Notes under the pieces: generated by a model | Told to the model about the DNA's origin: nothing | The model's database searches: none | Seen by the model: the letters and a program-made list of their open reading frames with translations, nothing else | Shown: one piece after another, positions 60,992-64,000 of the stretch | Layout: the number at the start of each line of letters is the position of its first letter | How positions within the stretch are numbered: position 1 is the first letter of the stretch | Source of the DNA: Macrostomum hystrix | Lineage: Eukaryota; Animalia; Platyhelminthes | Reading direction: 5' to 3' | NCBI GenBank assembly: GCA_950097015.1 | Contig: CATNEN010000037.1 | Location: 434,001-498,000, forward strand | Length of the DNA: 64,000 nt | Made by a program: the position numbers and the translations under genes

Positions 60992-62716
60992 AGCTTCTCG
61001 GAGCTGTTGGAAGCTGGAAAAATGATCGGCTTCAGCCTAATCAATGATCCCAAAACGACCTAAACAAACCTCAGAAATATCATCCCAAACCAGTCGAGAT
61101 GAGTCAGCGGGCCGTTTTTGCATGGGATGGTGCATGGCCCCACGTGCTCCCGGCGACACTGCTGCTGCTGCTGCTGTTAGGGATTTGGGTGTTGAATGCG
61201 CAGATTAGGAATTCGGATTTGATAACGGGCAGGGGTGGGGTGCTCTCGCAGCCCACTGTTGTAAGCCGCCTTCCTAATCCGCTAAATCCCTCGCTCAGCG
61301 TTTGAGTAACAAGGGATTTTCAACCGGCGGTGGCGTCAGCTGTTCACACATTCTGATGTGAGCAGTCTGATACGCGTAATCAGCAGCAGCATTACTAATC
61401 CATTGCAACTGCATCTGGGACAGGACAAACACGAAGAATTGAGTTGAGCCGGACATTGTGCCTAAGAGACAACTTTCCAATTGAGGTCATTCGGTCAAGT
61501 GGTCAGCGGGTCATAGAGCTCTGAATCTAGAAACTGCAGAGACAACTCCCCGCCAAAACCCCATTTTCCGACCCCATTTTGCCACTCGTTTTTATACCTA
61601 TGGGGAGGAAAATTCCCCCTTCTCCTGAAATTTTTTTGGCAGCGCCTGAATGCTAACAGGGTTGGGTGGTGACTGGTTGACAGCCTAGACGATGGTGTAC
61701 TGTGTTTTAGATTGATCAGTGAAATGGCAAGGCCGCACTGAGGCGCAGTGCTAATTCGTGTATTTGGGTGTATGAAATACACTAGCCCCCTATGGGAAAA
61801 ATCTGACCTTCGGCCAGAACCCTTGAATAACTTGACGGTCTGAAGAGCTGGCGACTTGATTCTTGTTTCGTAAACCTGTCAGGGGGGAATCCCCTTTGGT
61901 AGTTTTACTGCTAAGAGCTCTATGGTGGGGTCGTCCTAAACCTCCAAAGGATGGGGATGGTTTGTAACGTCAAGCGAACATTTAAGAAGAATCCTTTGGC
62001 TTTAGCCGCTTTTCATCTTTGCCTAATAATTTTTATCGTTAGTTTCGTAAGTTACTAAACAGCTACTCAGACATGCTCACTATACATAGAGTTTGAGCGT
62101 TAGCATGAGCCCATAAATGGCTTCTGCTCGAGATTAGATTAGGCAGCTAGCCTCACCCTGTACAGCCTGTCTGTGCCATGTTCCTGTGTGAATTTATTTT
62201 CACAATTGGTAGTACTAAACATATGGTTGCTATGGCCAGGGCTCAATCCGTTATTTGTTAGGGCAGTAACCGAATCGTAGGTTCGTAGGTTCAAAAATAT
62301 AGAATCATTGACCTCCCAGTCAATTTGACTGCTATTTTGGATTTATTTTGTCCCGATGCTTCGGTAGAAATTGTCTTTAACTTACTGGACTAACAGTTTC
62401 TACTCCTAACTGCTCACAAGCGCGAAATCTCTCGTGTACTCAAACAAATTGTAAATAAAGTCTATACATAAATAGACAAGTCATGCAGAGACACTGCCCC
62501 GCGTACAGTACTAGATTTTTCTGCAACAGTGAATTAGTTTTACACTGTTTTGTTGCACTCACATGCACAATGCAGAATGCAGCTGGTTAAATATAAAATA
62601 GTGGACTAACACAGCAATTAATTACTTGGCATGCTAAATATGCCTCCGTTCTTGGACTCTGAAGTTTCTGCTGATCTCTTTTCCTGGAATAAACAAAGCA
62701 AAGTCTGGGGATTCGT

Positions 62717-63372
62717 AATCAAGACTATCTGAGATGGTGTCAGTGTGAGTCTGAGCATCTGAGATGGTGTCAGTGTGAGTCTGAGCATCTGAGATGGTGT
62801 CGGTGTGAGTCTGAGCATCTGAGATGGTGTCAGTGTGAGTCTGAGGATCTGAGATGGTGTCAGTGTGAGTCTGAGGATCTGAGATGGTGTCAGTGTGAGT
62901 CTGAGCATCTGAGATGGTGTCGGTGTGAGTCTGAGCATCTGAGATGGTGTCAGTGTGAGTCTGAGCATCTGAGATGGTGTCGGTGTGAGTCTGAGCATCT
63001 GAGATGGTGTCAGTGTGAGTCTGAGCATCTGAGATGGTGTCGGTGTGAGTCTGAGCATCTGAGATGGTGACAGTGTGAGTCTGAGCATCTGAGATGGTGT
63101 CGGTGTGAGTCTGAGCATCTGAGATGGTGTCAGTGTGGGTCTGAGCATCTGAGATGGTGTCTGTGTGAGTCTGAGCATCTGAGATGGTGTCTGTGTGAGT
63201 CTGAGCATCTGAGATGGTGTCTGTGTGAGTCTGAGCATCTGAGATGGTGTCAGTGTGAGTCTGAGCATTTGAGATGGTGTCGGTGTGAGTCTGAGCATCT
63301 GAGATGGTGTCGGTGTGAGTCTGAGCATTTGAGATGGAGTCGGTGTGAGTCTGAGCATTTGAGATGGAGTCG
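62717..63372 (-). repeat. 30-bp minisatellite, right arm, inverted copy of 58111..58911 (~21 units)
   Basis: GAGATGGTGTCAGTGTGAGTCTGAGCATCT units; begins AATCAAGACTATCTGAGATGG, the reverse complement of the left-arm end. Confidence 0.97.
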
Positions 63373-64000
63373 GAGATGTATAGACAAAGTAAGTTGTGGA
63401 GCAAGCGCCTACTAAAGCGATCATATCCCGCATTAATCAGCTGGGGGGATAATCCTAAGCCACATTGGACTCATGCAGGAATTTTATATCGCAAGCATAT
63501 CCTGGGTAAGCCCTACAATTATAACCATGTGACACGGGATATTCAATGCACCGACTGTCGCCCCAAGCAAGTCTAGTTGACATGACATGCTTGCTATACT
63601 AGTCTATATGTGACTAGTCCATGAGCTTGTAATCAGTGTCCTTGAATTATTTACACATGACTCTCAGCACTAATTGTTAATATAACATTACGCTTTGGAT
63701 AAAGTGCCAAATGTCAACCTTCTAGAATGTAATCTAGAAGAGTAGATTCTAGATAAAATCGATTTTTAGGGGTCAGAAACCGCTCTCGCGGCTACAGACC
63801 CCAGTATTGACAGACAAGTATTAGCTGCTGCTGCCGTTGCTGTCTCTTTGCTCAAACAGCTAGAGACACTTTTTAACGAACAAAAAGTTTTAATAGTCTC
63901 TTCAAGTTTTTAATTCGTAAATGAGTTACATTCTAGTGCACAAGCCAAGTGAGCTTAAACATCGAAAGTGTAAAATGATCCTCTTTGTCTGGCACATAGG

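Noticed and set aside
58099-63433. PSQMLRLTPT / RWCRCESEHL / DAQTHTDTIS repeat ORFs
   Set aside because: Translations of the 30-bp arrays, open on several frames and both strands.

Overview
Eukaryotic (animal) genomic DNA with GC-rich exons, AT-rich spacers, poly-Q tracts and minisatellite-filled introns. The style suggests a free-living flatworm such as Macrostomum (inference only). Six spliced genes were reconstructed by hand from GT-AG junctions and reading-frame continuity: a cytochrome P450 3' end (+), ZMYND12 (-), DNAJB12/14 (+), phospholipase D (+, 5' end unresolved), a WS/DGAT-fold acyltransferase-like gene (+) and a divergent P2X receptor (+). Mobile DNA comprises a Jockey-like LINE in a ZMYND12 intron, two DD34D mariners with TIRs, a decayed DIRS-type tyrosine-recombinase retroelement, three copies of one tRNA-derived SINE and several MITEs. 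The most notable signals are: (1) minisatellites in paired or inverted configurations around exons and around the whole P2X gene, or built from splice-site sequence itself (six in-frame tandem donors in PLD, about 76 decoy acceptors); (2) a LINE with an 84-bp perfect flanking duplication, an AUG-less ORF2 and a structured 3' UTR; (3) two proteins with altered key residues (WS/DGAT HHxxxDG to HAxxxDW; P2X NFR to VVE). All gene models and alignments are by eye; no database search was run.
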